Assembly: GCA_034780895.1 (NCBI GenBank)
Contig: JAUZTB010000076.1
Coordinates: forward strand, 33,549,491-33,613,490
Reading direction: 5' to 3'
From: Rhynchobatus australiae
Taxonomy: Eukaryota
DNA length: 64,000 nucleotides
Of this stretch, positions 12,855 to 26,400 are shown one piece after another. A program made the position numbers and the translations under genes. The notes under the pieces were generated by a model that saw only the letters and a program-made list of their open reading frames with translations, was not told the origin of the DNA and did not search any database. Each line of letters begins with the position of its first letter. Positions within the stretch are counted from its first letter, which is position 1.

Positions 12855-14345
12855 AAATTGAATGCCCTTTAACTGAAGGCATGAAGCATTCATGGAAATG
12901 TAGGTGAATAAATGTCACAAACGAAAATAAGTGGGTAAAATCTAATGCCCATCACAAAAGTTTGGTTATAAACATTTCAGGACTTTTGTCTTTTATAGGA
13001 GATAAGCAAAATGGAAAAGGAGGAGTGGAAGCACTTGTATTAAAGAGTAGGATAGAGGCTATAGAGAGAAAGGATCTTTGCTCAGAAAATCAAGTATAGG
13101 TGGAGCTAAGAAACAGCAAAGGGACACAAAATATTGGTGGGAATTGTCTATAGTCTCCAAACAGAGGTGGTAGTGATAATGGACATATTATTAATCAATA
13201 CATCAGAAATCCATGTAGCAAGAGTTAAAAAAAACTGTCAAGGGGGAATTAACAAACAAACCAAGTTAGGAGTAATGATGTGGGGACATAATCAAATAGT
13301 GTATAATATGGTACTCCAGATCAACATGTTGAGGAACCAATGAAGGAAAAGGCTATTTTGGATTTAGTATGAGAAAGGGTTATTGATGACCTGGTTATCA
13401 AGAATCTTCCAGGGAACATTGATCATAATGTGATAAAAGTTTACATAAGAATTGAAAATGATTTAATTCACTATGAAAGCAGGGTCTTAAATCTGAATAA
13501 AGCACACAATGAAGACAGGAGGTGTGATTTGGCTGCGTATGCATTAAAGGTAATAATACTAAACAAGCAATGCCTATCATTTAAAAATTAATATTTAGCT
13601 AACAAGCAGCTTATATCCCTTTAAGCATTAAAGAACCAACAGGAAAAGTGGTGCAGCTGTGACTATCAAGAGAAGTTAAATGTAGTATTAGATCAAAGTA
13701 AAATGCTTTTAAGATTGCCAAAATGAGCAGTATTCTTGAGGATTGAGAACATTTCAGAAAAGAGGACCAGAGCACTGAAAAGGGAAGGTGGAATACAAAA
13801 CTAGCAAGAAATATAAAAACAAACAGTAAAAGATTTTAACCATATGTGCAAAGATTTAGCCAATGTTCCTGAATGAAGAAAAACTGTACTGTGAAATAAG
13901 CAAGGAAAGTAAACAGATGTTTTTTTGTGCCTGACACTACAGAAAATACAGAAAAACTCCTGGAAACAGTGAACTACAGAAGTCAAATGAACGAAGAGTT
14001 TGAAGAAATTAGGATTAGTAAAAAAGTAGTACTGGAAAAATGAATGGGACCAAAACATCCCAGGATCGATGACTTGTCTAATAAAGGTTTTGAAGGAGCT
14101 GGCTACAGAAATAATGCTTGTGAAATTTTGGATCTCTCTACGCAAGAGATATGTGGAGGCATAGTCACTGAGTAAATTCAAGACAAAGATGTACAGTTTT
14201 TAAAAAATTTATCATGGGAATGAAGTGATAATGGGGTCAGCGTAGGAAAGTGGCATACAAAAAAAAGATCAGCAAAGGTCTTAATGAATGGAGGAGCAGC
14301 CATGATGGGCCTTTTTCCTGATTTTTGCTTCTATCTCTTACATTC
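12855..14345 (+). mobile_element. Old, internally deleted CR1 LINE (endonuclease and tether joined to 3' end)
   Basis: Decayed APE motifs (VELRNSKGTQ.LVGIVYS, EKAILDLV, lg.sDHnvi), then ..kVLKELATEI at about 14085-14112, then an abrupt jump to a CR1 3' UTR ending ttctatctcttacattctta. Confidence 0.8.
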
Positions 14346-17300
14346 TTAAGTCAGAAAGTAGTAGAATTGGAAGAGGGTCAATGATAAGTCATTCATGTAT
14401 TCAAAATTTTTCTCCAAACAGTGAAACATAATGTGTTCCCAGATATCCTTCGGTAAAATCAGAACTTGCCTCATGAGGAACGTTTAGAAATGATGCAGAA
14501 CTTTCCCATGTAAATGTCCAGCATTATTTTGAGTATTCTGAACTTCAATAATAAATCCTAACCAGCATACAATGTAGGTGGGAAAGAGTTAATGCTAATA
14601 ATGGACTCAAGTCTTGCTCATGCAGCCTATTGCAAATCTGTAAAGCGATCCGTAATTTTGAAGTCTTTTGGAGTACATGAAACACAATGTACCAATGCTC
14701 TCTTCCCAAATGCCAGCAGCTGCGGGCACTGTGTTGCATTGTGGGATGCCAAGGCATCTTTTCATGTCCAAGTCTCCAAGTGTTGTGCATTACAGACCAA
14801 GTAGAGGCTCTTTTACATTTCTTCTGTTGATTGTGTTTTACAGTGTATTGATTGTTCTGACTGCAACCATCAAGCTGTACATGCAGAAGTATCTGCCCAA
14901 TTCTAAATCAAAGAACAAGGCATTTAGCAGCTCCATCTGCCCAAGTGCTGCTTTTTAAACATGTACAATGCTGAATAAATCAGGACTCGGACTGCATCAT
15001 GATCCTGTTTTAGTTCACTGGAAGAAGTTAAAAAGCAGCTCACAGTCAATGTTGCTGCTGTCTAAACAGATGGAGCTGCTAAAAGCCTTCGCGCTTGATT
15101 CTTTGATTTAGACCTAGGTACGTCATTTAATCAGTTTCCGAGTGCTGGCAGTTTTGGATATCTCCCTTTCTTTAAGAATAAAGAAACTACTTTGATAAAA
15201 TTCAGGTAATTTGGAAAATGAGATTTTACTCAATTTTCATGACATATGCTTTTAACAATAAATAATTGATAAATTAATTTTNNNNNNNNNNNNNNNNNNN
15301 NNNNNNNNNNNNNNNNNNNNNNNNNNNNNNNNNNNNNNNNNNNNNNNNNNNNNNNNNNNNNNNNNNNNNNNNNNNNNNNNNAATGCAAACTTCAAAAATA
15401 TTTTCATTCTGTGTTACAACATCATATATAATACTAAATGCACTTTTGTACATATGCAAAGACAATTCTTAATTTTGTCTATGTAGATTTTTAAGCCATC
15501 AGCATGATTGCTTCTTACTTGCCATGTTTTGGATTGAACTAAGAGAATGGGAGGTAAAATCTAATTAAAATCTATTTTGGTATAGAATACTCAGTCACAT
15601 CTCAACCTGATAACATTATTACCCAAAGAGAATCATATCAAACAAGTGGAGAATTTATGCTCAAACTCAAAAAAAACAGTAACAGAAAATGCATCATCAG
15701 TATGACTACCACAGAAAGCCTTGTACCAAGTGACCTATGGATTCTTATTTGAAAATACATTGCTAACTGAAGTTAAGTCTTCACATTTAAAATCATAGGC
15801 ATTGTGCTTTGCAGCTCCAAATTCTTAAGCTACTGATGGCTTACACGTACAAAAGACTGACACTTTATCAGCAGCAAGAGGCATGAATGAGTTAACGAAA
15901 ACTGACTGACAAACAGCTGTTGCAACCTTAACAAGTTGACTGCCCATCTCCCTTCTTCCTCCCCATCTCCACCACCATGCTATGCCCCTCACACAGACCG
16001 CCATGCCCCCAAGTCCCACAGAAGGATACAAAACAAGGATCAGCACTTCTATTGCTGCTGCTGCCTCCTGTGGCATCAATTGATACCACATAGAGTAGCT
16101 GATATTTTGCTGAAATGTTAGGGTGGCAGGGAAGACGGGATGAAAAAATGAATATTGAAATACTTCAAAGCAGTCAATAATATTTCAAGAACACCCTGCA
16201 GCAGAGCCAATCTCCAATATATCAACTTGTATTCTATATTTATTAAATGTGTTCATAATATTTTTAAGTGTATGGGGTGGGATAGTGGGGGAGGGAGAGG
16301 TGCAGGGAATGCTTAAGGAATACAATGACGGGAGAATAATTTACCATGTATTCTGCAAACCTGAACACATCACTGTTCTTTAATGCAAAATGCTGATCAG
16401 AATACAAGTCAAGAAGTTCCCATAGTAATTCAGTCACATTGTTTCTCACACTATACGATAAATTTCAATTAACGCTTCCTCCCCACTATCTTCTTACCGC
16501 CAGCTCTCATCAACTATATCCACCCTCAGCCCCCCACCCATCCCCACAACATCCCCGCCACCTCATCTTATCTAAAGAGGTAATTAGACAAACACCGCAA
16601 TTTCTGGCTAGTTCTCAGCCTATGCAAAACTACAGATGAACTGTCTGACTACAATTCAAATGCAGCCCTCATCAAGTTCAAATACAATCAAAGTCTGCAC
16701 AATAAAGGCTGTGCAGTGGCTCGCGTTCTCCTGGCAAAGGCTTAAGACAATGAGCGTCTTGTTAGAAGGCATCTGAATACAAAGAGTCTATTCTCAGATG
16801 TTAGCTGAAGCTGCTAAGAAATGGGGAAAAAAAATCCCAACCCATTAAGGTTTGACTAGCTTCAGCTTGTATGAATGCCTTCCCCAGAAAAGTGTAATGG
16901 AAATATAACCCTCGATACCCCAGAAGAAATAAAAATGAGGTTGGCCTAGGGAGTAGAAATGTCAATGATTGCTGAATCCAAATCCCACTTCTCCTTTTTT
17001 AAAAAAGCACTGCAAATTAAATTAGAATCACTGGCTCTAACTTTAACTGCATTTCATTTCTGATCTACTTTTAAAAGTTTGATAAGGTAAAATGTTTAGT
17101 TAAGGCAATTCACAAAAAAAAACCAAAATGTTCTAAATTACTTCCAAGATGCCTATGACACATTCACGTTCAAGATATAGATATAAATTATTGTAGCCAC
17201 CTGCATTATGTGACGTGACATGCCCCATATGCAAACTGAAGACAAAATATTAAATTAATGGAAAAAAATGATTCAAATCATATGGCAAATGCCACTTGTG

Positions 17301-19944
17301 ACAATGAGGATCTATGAAGGAGCATCAGTAAAACAATGTCATTGATTCTATTTGTGATAAAATATATATTTCTCAAACAATATATACATTCTAAAAATGC
17401 AATGTGCATAAGCAATACGTATAGGCACAAGTTCACTAAGATTAAGCATGTTTTCCCTTAATTAGTTGACTCACAGAATCTTTTAAAAATTCTGGAAGGA
17501 AATAGAATCTGTACAAAATTATTTTTCATGCCTCCGCCATCAAAGAAACCATTCAGGCAATTAGACGAGGATGGATTAAATATATCAGAACACTAAATAG
17601 GTATATATCCCAAATCCGAACTATATTAAAAAAAATAACATATTTCATAGATAGTCAATGACACCAGATTCAAATATTTTCTGATACTCCAAGGGCAGAC
17701 TTGTGCTTTTTGGAGCTGACAATAGTGATTCAAGCAATCTGACACTCCGCATGTTGAATTGGCCAGTGATTCTCACCTGATACATAAAAATAGTATCTGA
17801 ATGTGACAACATATCCAATTCAGATTTGCAACAGAAAAGCACAGCTGAACCCTGAAACCAAGAGTGAAGGAGCAAATTGGGTATGGTAGTTCTCTTTTTG
17901 ACATCATTTGGGGTACAGCATGTGAAACGTTCAATGTAAATTGAGTATACACAACCTGTTGAATTTTTATACCCATCATATATTATATAATCAGCAGGAA
18001 CTGGGATAGCTACAGAATAGCTGCATGCTCATAACAACTCACTTTTAACATTGTATATTTACACCAAGGACATAAAGGTTTATTTTGTAGGTCTAGATCC
18101 ATAGCTGTTGGTGTTATCCTGTGATCCATATGGCCACACAATGCCAATAATGATCTTGCAAAAAAACATTATTATACTTTACTGCAGTTTTACCTTTATT
18201 CTTAATTATTGCAAAAAATCCAAAGAAATTAATTTCATCAACTATCTTTAACAGCAAGTCAGTCNNNNNNNNNNNNNNNNNNNNNNNNNNNNNNNNNNNN
18301 NNNNNNNNNNNNNNNNNNNNNNNNNNNNNNNNNNNNNNNNNNNNNNNNNNNNNNNNNNNNNNNNNNNNNNNNNNNNNNNNNNNNNNNNNNNNNNNNNNNN
18401 NNNNNNNNNNNNNNNNNNNNNNNNNNNNNNNNNNNNNNNNNNNNNNNNNNNNNNNNNNNNNNNNNNNNNNNNNNNNNNNNNNNNNNNNNNNNNNNNNNNN
18501 NNNNNNNNNNNNNNNNNNNNNNNNNNNNNNNNNNNNNNNNNNNNNNNNNNNNNNNNNNNNNNNNNNNNNNNNNNNNNNNNNNNNNNNNNNNNNNNNNNNN
18601 NNNNNNNNNNNNNNNNNNNNNNNNNNNNNNNNNNNNNNNNNNNNNNNNNNNNNNNNNNNNNNNNNNNNNNNNNNNNNNNNNNNNNNNNNNNNNNNNNNNN
18701 NNNNNNNNNNNNNNNNNNNNNNNNNNNNNNNNNNNNNNNNNNNNNNNNNNNNNNNNNNNNNNNNNNNNNNNNNNNNNNNNNNNNNNNNNNNNNNNNNNNN
18801 NNNNNNNNNNNNNNNNNNNNNNNNNNNNNNNNNNNNNNNNNNNNNNNNNNNNNNNNNNNNNNNNNNNNNNNGTCGACATTGCAGTGTGAATTTTGCTATT
18901 AAATGGGGGTTTCATTCCCAATGTCTTTAAAACAAACTGTCAGCACTGTTCCTCTTTCGAGCCAGGCAATTAGGATTTCTCCAACAGGCTGAAATTTAGA
19001 AACATTTGTTGGTCTTTCAATATAAACCTACTCACAGTAATGCTAAATTAAAGCCCATCTTTTGGTTTCTTCACAGATGGTTCTCCAAGTCTGATCAACA
19101 CAAGCCTTCAACCGATTGCCAGGTGAGGAGTAAATAAGAATTCACTAAAAAAAATGTTTGAGTGTTCCTGTACAATATGAGAATAGTGTGTACAGATATG
19201 AAGGTTGTAAACTGACATGTGAAACGATGATTTTCTTATGTTAGGCATGAATTGAATGACATTTTAAGTACCTTTTAATCAAAATCATAAGATAATGTTT
19301 CGCTACAACCAAAATGCCTGATGTTTGAATGTAATTCCACTTATTGGGTGGGCCTTACCCAAATGAGTTGTATTCATTATAGAACACAATTTTCTTTCTT
19401 AAAATTGTGGACTTAAAAAGTACCACTTCAAGAGTCACACACTAACAAGCTTGCCAAAGCACATAAACTTTATATCTTGTTGAAATGTTCATTTGTTCTA
19501 AATATTTATTGCACATTTTGACAAATCTCATACTGCTCTGATGATGCAGAATAATAAACAATATTTAAATGGTTATTTACTGTCAGTTACTTAGCCAAGT
19601 CATATGCCTTTTCTCATTAACCCAAAACCCAACAACTCCAAGAGTTAACTGGGTTTAACATCAGTTTTGTGAACACAATCACAATTTTCTACAATATTAA
19701 ATTATGATATATAATATAAATACACTGTGCAAGATAAATTGGAAATCTTTTGACAAACATCCATGTTATTGGTTTCAGTAAATTAATTCAAATTTTTCTT
19801 TTAAATCTGTTGGGAAACTTGGATGGTGGTGCAGTTGCCCATTATCAGGAATATTGCTCTCTGTATGTTAAAAGCAGTACTGACGGGAGAGAAAAACAAG
19901 AGTTTTTTTTAAATGGTAGGAGTTCATTATCATATTCCTTTACA

Positions 19945-20250
19945 ACATAGAAGGAGGGCAATTCATTTATTGAGCCCATCAGATCAACGTGCAATCCAAT
20001 TTTCCTGATAACCTATTCTCCCCATATTATCAACACCTCTCAGATTCTATCGGCTGCCTAAAAAGTAGGAGAATTTACATTGGTCATTTAACTTAGAAAC
20101 CTGTCTTTGGGATGTGGAAGTAAACAGAAGTACCCAGAGAAAACCCATGAAGTTATAGGGAGAATGTGCAAATTCCACACAGACAACACCAAAGGTCAGT
20201 TTTCAACCCAGTTCACTGGAGCTGTGAGGTAGCAGCTCAATTAGCTGCAT
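19945..20250 (-). mobile_element. tRNA-derived V-SINE (HE1-like)
   Basis: Reverse complement: gagctgctacctcacagctccag...gggttgaaa (B-box-like)...tgtctgtgtggaatttgcacattctccct...gggttttctctgggtacttctgtttacttccacatcccaaagac (V-domain), followed by a CR1-like tail. Confidence 0.85.
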
Positions 20251-21232
20251 TCAGAAGGCATTTGATACAACTCTGCACAAAAGAATTGTTAGAAGAATTG
20301 AAGGACATAGAATAAATAGGTTAGAAGTATAATAAGTAAGAAATTATTTTACAGATAGAAAGCACTGAGTCATGCTAAGTGGATTTTTCATCAGGCTGCA
20401 GAGACATGGACTGTGTTGCGCTCCCAGGATCAGTGCATAGACACTTGCTTTGACTGATATATTTTATTGACTTAGACATTTTTGTGCCGGGTAAAATTTC
20501 CAAATTTATGGATTACACACAGCTTGGAAGTGTGGCAAGCAATGGGGAGGATGGTAGTAGATTTCACAAGGACACCAAGGCCAGTCTATATGTGTATAAA
20601 TCTTTGAAACTGGCAGGACAGGCTGAGAAAGCAGTTAATGAAGCATCTGGGATCCTGGCCTTCATAAACACATGCATAAATTACAAAAACAACGCTGTTT
20701 TGTTGAACCTTTATAAAAATACTCATTAGGCCACAACTACAGTATTGTGCCCAATTCTGGTCACCGCACTTTAGGAAGGTTCTGAAGGCCCTAGAGAGCA
20801 GAGACAAGATTTACTGGAATGTTTCCAGGAGAGAGGATTTTCAATTATGAGGACAGACTACAGAACTTAAGGTTGTTCTACTTGCAGCAGAAAAAATTCA
20901 AGGGAACTTTGATAGAGGTTGACAAAATGTAAAAAGAGAGAGAGATTTTTTTCCCCAATAGCAGAGGGGTCATGGACCAGATGACTCAGAATTAAAGCAA
21001 TTGGCAAAAGGTTCAAGGCATCATGAAGAAAAACAACTTTTTATGCACATAATTATCATTTGGAAAGCATTGCCTGAAGGTGTGATGGATGTATATTCCA
21101 TGGCAGCTTTCTAAAGTAACGGGTAAATATTTGAAATTAAGAATTTGCAAGGCTGTGGGGAAATGGGATTGTGTTTGCTGGCACAGATTTGATGGGTCAA
21201 ATGTCCTCCTTCTTTGCTGAAGTGATTCTACA
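20250..21232 (+). mobile_element. Degenerate CR1 LINE, RT to 3' UTR
   Basis: FQKAFD at about 20250, ISKFMDYTQLG (FADDTKLG), LNLYK..IRPQLQYCAQFWSPHFRK, and a CR1 3' tail near 21190-21232. Confidence 0.85.
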
Positions 21233-22831
21233 GTTCACTTCACGTCCAAAAACAAAATGAAACATGGAGTTCAATAATAGCAAAATCTAAACCGTCAAAA
21301 CATTTCTTTCAAATCAGCATTTGGGAAACAGGGAACATTTCAGTTTACTGAGGAACTAACAAACTTAAAGTTTGTGAGAAGAATGAAAGTAGTCATCCTG
21401 AAAAATAACATTCTCAACCATCACTTGGTGGTCAAAACATACTGATGTGTTTACAGTGATAACATATCTTTCGCTTTTAACCAGCAAAGTTAGTGGTTCT
21501 ACTGAGCAGTGCTTCACCTTTGCAGGATGCAGAAATTTTAAATATATTTCAAAAATATGATATTTAAAATATCTAATATATTTTCAAGTCAGCCAAGTCT
21601 CCTACTTCTCATAGGAATCTCCCACATATTTTCTTATATGACCTAATGGGAACTAATGTATCCATTTCTCATCTTTCATTAATCTCCTGCATGAAAATCT
21701 TTGACGCGTGGCAGTTCTTTGACCTGTGCTCCATGCTTTTATTATTTTCTGTAACGTTCTACATTTTAAATAATGATACAGAGCAGAGCAACATGCTGTT
21801 AATGAAATAAGGTTCACATGCTATAGGTGAAGAGAACAGAGGGTTCAATGGTCTTTAAAATAATTAAGTGTTCACACTTTGTCACCAGCAAAATTAAACT
21901 TTACAAAGATAGATCTGGAATAATACTGCATAAATGTTACTGAGAATTGAAATGGACAGAATAACAGCACATTATCCAGTTATTAAAGCTACTAGCTCAA
22001 GGAATTGGTGGAGTGGAAATGCAAATCCAGTAAGCACGCTGGAAGAAATGATCTGTCCTACCTGAAGACACTCTCACTTGGGTCCCTGTTCCACATCAAT
22101 TTTAAACAAGCTCTTGTGTAATGGCTCTTTCAACTGTAACTGAAAGGGGGCAAGTTACCCACAGCTTTATATAGTTTATGCTCTTCTTTCTACAGCATAT
22201 TATTAAAGATAATGGTATTTCTACAAAGGGATTCAGAGAACACGGTTGTTGATATAGCAAAAACTCTTACTTCTTTAAAGTTATTTCATATGTAATAATC
22301 TTCAAAGCATGACTTTTATTGACTAAACTGAAATGTATCAGTTATGAAATAAACAAATATTAATTTTAGCCATGTTAATGTATAATCAAGCTGAAAGTTA
22401 AGAGGATTTATTTCCAATAAACAGGAACTAGTCAGGTTTTGATATATAATATTGACAATGCATCCGCACATTAAACATTGCAATTTTTTGAAAAGGTCAC
22501 ATTAGTCCTGATTTATGGCTAAAATTCTACTGTATACTAAACAAGAAAAAGGGATCAAGAAAAATCCTTGTTGCATTTGGGAAAGCATTAAATGGAACTA
22601 CATTCTAATATGTCAGCCTAGATGCTAACTGGTCTGTTTTTTTTTGTGTGTAGGAAACAGTTAAATAAAAAGTAATAATTTTAATCATGTGATATTTTTA
22701 TTTAACTCTTACTCTTTGCACACACGAAGTAACTTAAATGGAATGGATGAGTAAAGAATTTAATCAGTAAAAATTGTTGGTATTTTTTGTGGAACAATTA
22801 ATTTATTACATTTGATAAGGAATTTTATGTC

Positions 22832-22935
22832 CATAGAGTCATGGAATGATACAGCACAGAAACAGGCCCTTCAGTCCATCGAGACCATGCCAGCCATCAA
22901 CCACCCTTCACATTAATCCTGTATTAATCCCATTC
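22832..22935 (-). mobile_element. Short CR1/HE1-type 3' tail fragment
   Basis: catagagtcatggaatgatacagcacagaaacaggcccttcagtccatcgag is the reverse complement of the shared CR1/SINE 3' end. Confidence 0.7.
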
Positions 22936-23409
22936 TATTCGCCACACATCTTCATTCCCTGATAAAAAATGATCTGGTTTTATATATTAAAAAAATAAAA
23001 AGTTTACATTGGTTGTGCCAATTTATGATTCAAGAAATCAAATCAGTGACAAAATAATCCAATCTAGACACCAAAGATTATTTTCCAAGTTGTTAAAAAC
23101 AAAATCAGGCCTAACAAACTAACATGGGAAAACTATACTCATTTGCTCTCTGATAAGCAACAAACAGCAATTATACTCTTTATGAGGGATTTACTTTCAT
23201 GAGAATTGTCCGGTTGTTCAAATTTTTTTTTTGAAGCATTCAAAACACAAAAGCTATTACTGTCATGAACAATGATAGCACCCACACTAGACACGTCCTA
23301 TAGCAATCTNNNNNNNNNNNNNNNNNNNNNNNNNNNNNNNNNNNNNNNNNNNNNNNNNNNNNNNNNNNNNNNNNNNNNNNNNNNNNNNNNNNNNNNNNNN
23401 NNNNNNNNN

Positions 23410-23461
<52 letters not shown>
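23410..23461. repeat. Poly-C run abutting a gap (possibly an artefact)
   Basis: 52 consecutive C directly after an N run. Confidence 0.6.
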
Positions 23462-23464
<3 letters not shown>

Positions 23465-26400
23465 TGCAAATCCTTCAAAACAATAACTCAAAAGGCCCAA
23501 TCTGCATGAATGCAATAAAGTACTTAGGAAGAAAACGTGAAGTATTGTCACTGGAAACCTGTATATTTTTTCATGACAAAAGCTATCAGCAACTTCACTC
23601 AATTAAAAGAGACAGCATTAAATTGTCAGTAAATCAGTGATGTCAAACTGTTTATACATTACCCCAGAAGTTCAGACATCCACTTCCAAGGAGGTATCTT
23701 GTGGTACTAATTATAAGAGATATAGGTTTGATTGAATATAACTAAAATTAAGGGAAAATACTAAGATTCTGAAAGAGGTGGAGATGAAGGTTACCCCAGC
23801 TGCAGAATTATAATGAAGATCAGTTTTATAACTATGGAGGCTTTTTAAAAAACTTATTTAAAGACTGCAAAAAAAATGCCTCAGCTCTTCCTCAGATGTT
23901 ATGTTCAAAGTTTTTCTTTCAGCTTTCAAGTTCTTTAAATAGGTAACAATAGTAAATGTGTAACAAGAGTTTCACTGCTACTCAGTGTGGTCATCAACAT
24001 GTCTGAAGTGTTACAAAACAAAACAAACTAACATATAATAGCCATTAATGTTACGAGCCATGACCCTTACAAATATACAAAAATTACTTTTTTCACTCAT
24101 TGGAGCTTTTAAAACATTTGACTGCAGCACTAAATTTTTTTTACAGCGAGTTACTATATTTGCTCTATTGGTCTCCATTGGAATTATGCCAGGTGGACAT
24201 GATAAACATCAGCAAGGGCAGCAACTGTCTTAGCATTTTGAATATATGGCACTCCACATGTCCGATTTATATCTGTATCCTTGATAGAAGGAGGAGGAGT
24301 TGAAAAGGTTTTCAAATTCCATGTGGCATACTAAGAAACAATTAGGTCATTTGTGGGAACATGTGCAGCTTTTAATCCCACATCATATTTGGAACCAAAA
24401 CGAAAGCAACATAGAAAATAATACAATATATTTCAGGGTTTGGTTTACTGCCATTTGTGAAAATGCCTGAGTTATTTTAATGGTATACTCTAAAGCTAAC
24501 CACTATGAAACACCAAAAGCCACGGAGTAGGCCTCTGTAGTTCAAAAGCTTTATTTTAACCACAAAGGACAATGGCCAACAATAAATATTACTTTCATTC
24601 CACCCACATCATTCTTTAACCATATTCCATAGGTTTGTGCTATGAAAGAATAAGCTCCTACCATAATACTTAGCAGCTTAACACTGGAAACAATGCTGGT
24701 CTTGAGGCGCATCAAAAAACAAGCACAAGCATGCAGTTGTTAGTGGAATAATTATCTTAATATTTGCATAAAGTTAGTCATTATCTAATGCATGTTTCTG
24801 ATATTGAGAATTGTGTATTTTTTGAAGTGCTGGTACTCAGTTTAGCTAAGCCTAACCTTCATTTTTTTTGGAGAAGACTGTCAATGTTATTAGAAACCAC
24901 AGTTACTTATTCAAGAAACATTATGCTCAAATACAATAGTTCTGGAAGAAAAATTTAAATAGCAAGTTTAAAATATAACATAAATTATTTTCTAACTCCT
25001 TACTGAATTTTTGCTTCCTCAATGTTACCCATACAAGTAATTCTTTCAGTAAGTAGGATTGTTTGAGTTTTGTCTTTTATGTTGCACCAAGGGTACATCC
25101 GTGGCAAACCCAACTGGGCCTTACTAACTTATTTTGAAGTAGTGACCCACATCAAACATTGATGAAAGAATGGCCTTGAGCTCTAATGCTTTGGGTGGTG
25201 GGAGAGTGGAGGTGTTAAACTTAACCACAGAATTCCATTGAAGTAGCTCACTAAAAAACACCCCTCCTCCTTCTTGTCACAGAGCCACCCTCTGTCAATC
25301 ACTATCACAATGGTTTAATCGATATATCAGTAAAATCAGAGTCAGTAAGATTCACTGAGCTGTGACTCCCCCCAACCCCCGCGACCATCATAAGAACACA
25401 AATAAATCAACATAGCTAACTCTAATTTTGCTTTCCAGAATCCTTCACATCAATACCCATCCTCCTCATCAACAGCTCCCCCTGACCTGCACAATCCCTC
25501 CCCACTTCCCCACCTGACACTGCATCCATTCTGAAGATCACTCTCACTGAAGAGTTTTCCATCTGCTGAAACATCACTGAAGAACCTCAAAACATTTGGT
25601 ATGGATTCTTTGCACTATCAAGCTAATGGAGTAGGCTTTAAGTGATGGACTTTTTAAATCAGCTGCTTTTACCTAAATATTTTAACATACAAATGAACAA
25701 CTGCATTGAATTTTGATTCATGGAAATGGTGCACATTTTGTTATTAACCAAACAGTGAATGATGATAGATAACTGCTTCGCGTTTGTAATTACCAAAAGA
25801 TGGGAGATTTTTTTAAAAAATGCCAGTTGCACAAAAGAGTAAAGTTAGCTTCTATTTAAATTATTCCCGTAAACCTCGTTAAACAATTTTTATTGCTGGT
25901 TCTCACTTAGACCACAAGATGGAGCAACTAATAGAAACAGGCCTCCTGTAAAATGGGAAGTTAGGGTGGGGGAATTTGCGGGAGAAGGGAGCGAGCAATG
26001 TGCGATGGGCATAAGCTAAAGTTATTTACTGTCAATTAATTATAAGGGAGCAGTTAAGGTGGAAAATCCATTGAAAATGTCAATGCCCACAATACTGTGT
26101 GCCAACATCTGGAGAAAGAATTGTGGTATAGGTTCACAGCCATCGGGGTGTAATTGGATTGATGGAAAATAGACAGACAGACAAAGGAAAAGGGGCAGAG
26201 AACAGACATTGGGACACAAGTGAAAATAAATCCCAGTTTAATTAAATATTTCGCATGCCGCTTACACAAGCTCTACTGATTTGTGGANNNNNNNNNNNNN
26301 NNNNNNNNNNNNNNNNNNNNNNNNNNNNNNNNNNNNNNNNNNNNNNNNNNNNNNNNNNNNNNNNNNNNNNNNNNNNNNNNNNNNNNNTTTTAATGCACCT

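Noticed and set aside
18259-18921. 220-aa ORF and other X-filled ORFs
   Set aside because: Open only because they cross assembly gaps
23240-23640. Poly-Pro and poly-Gly ORFs, or a G-quadruplex
   Set aside because: Created by an N run plus a poly-C tract at a contig end, possibly a sequencing artefact
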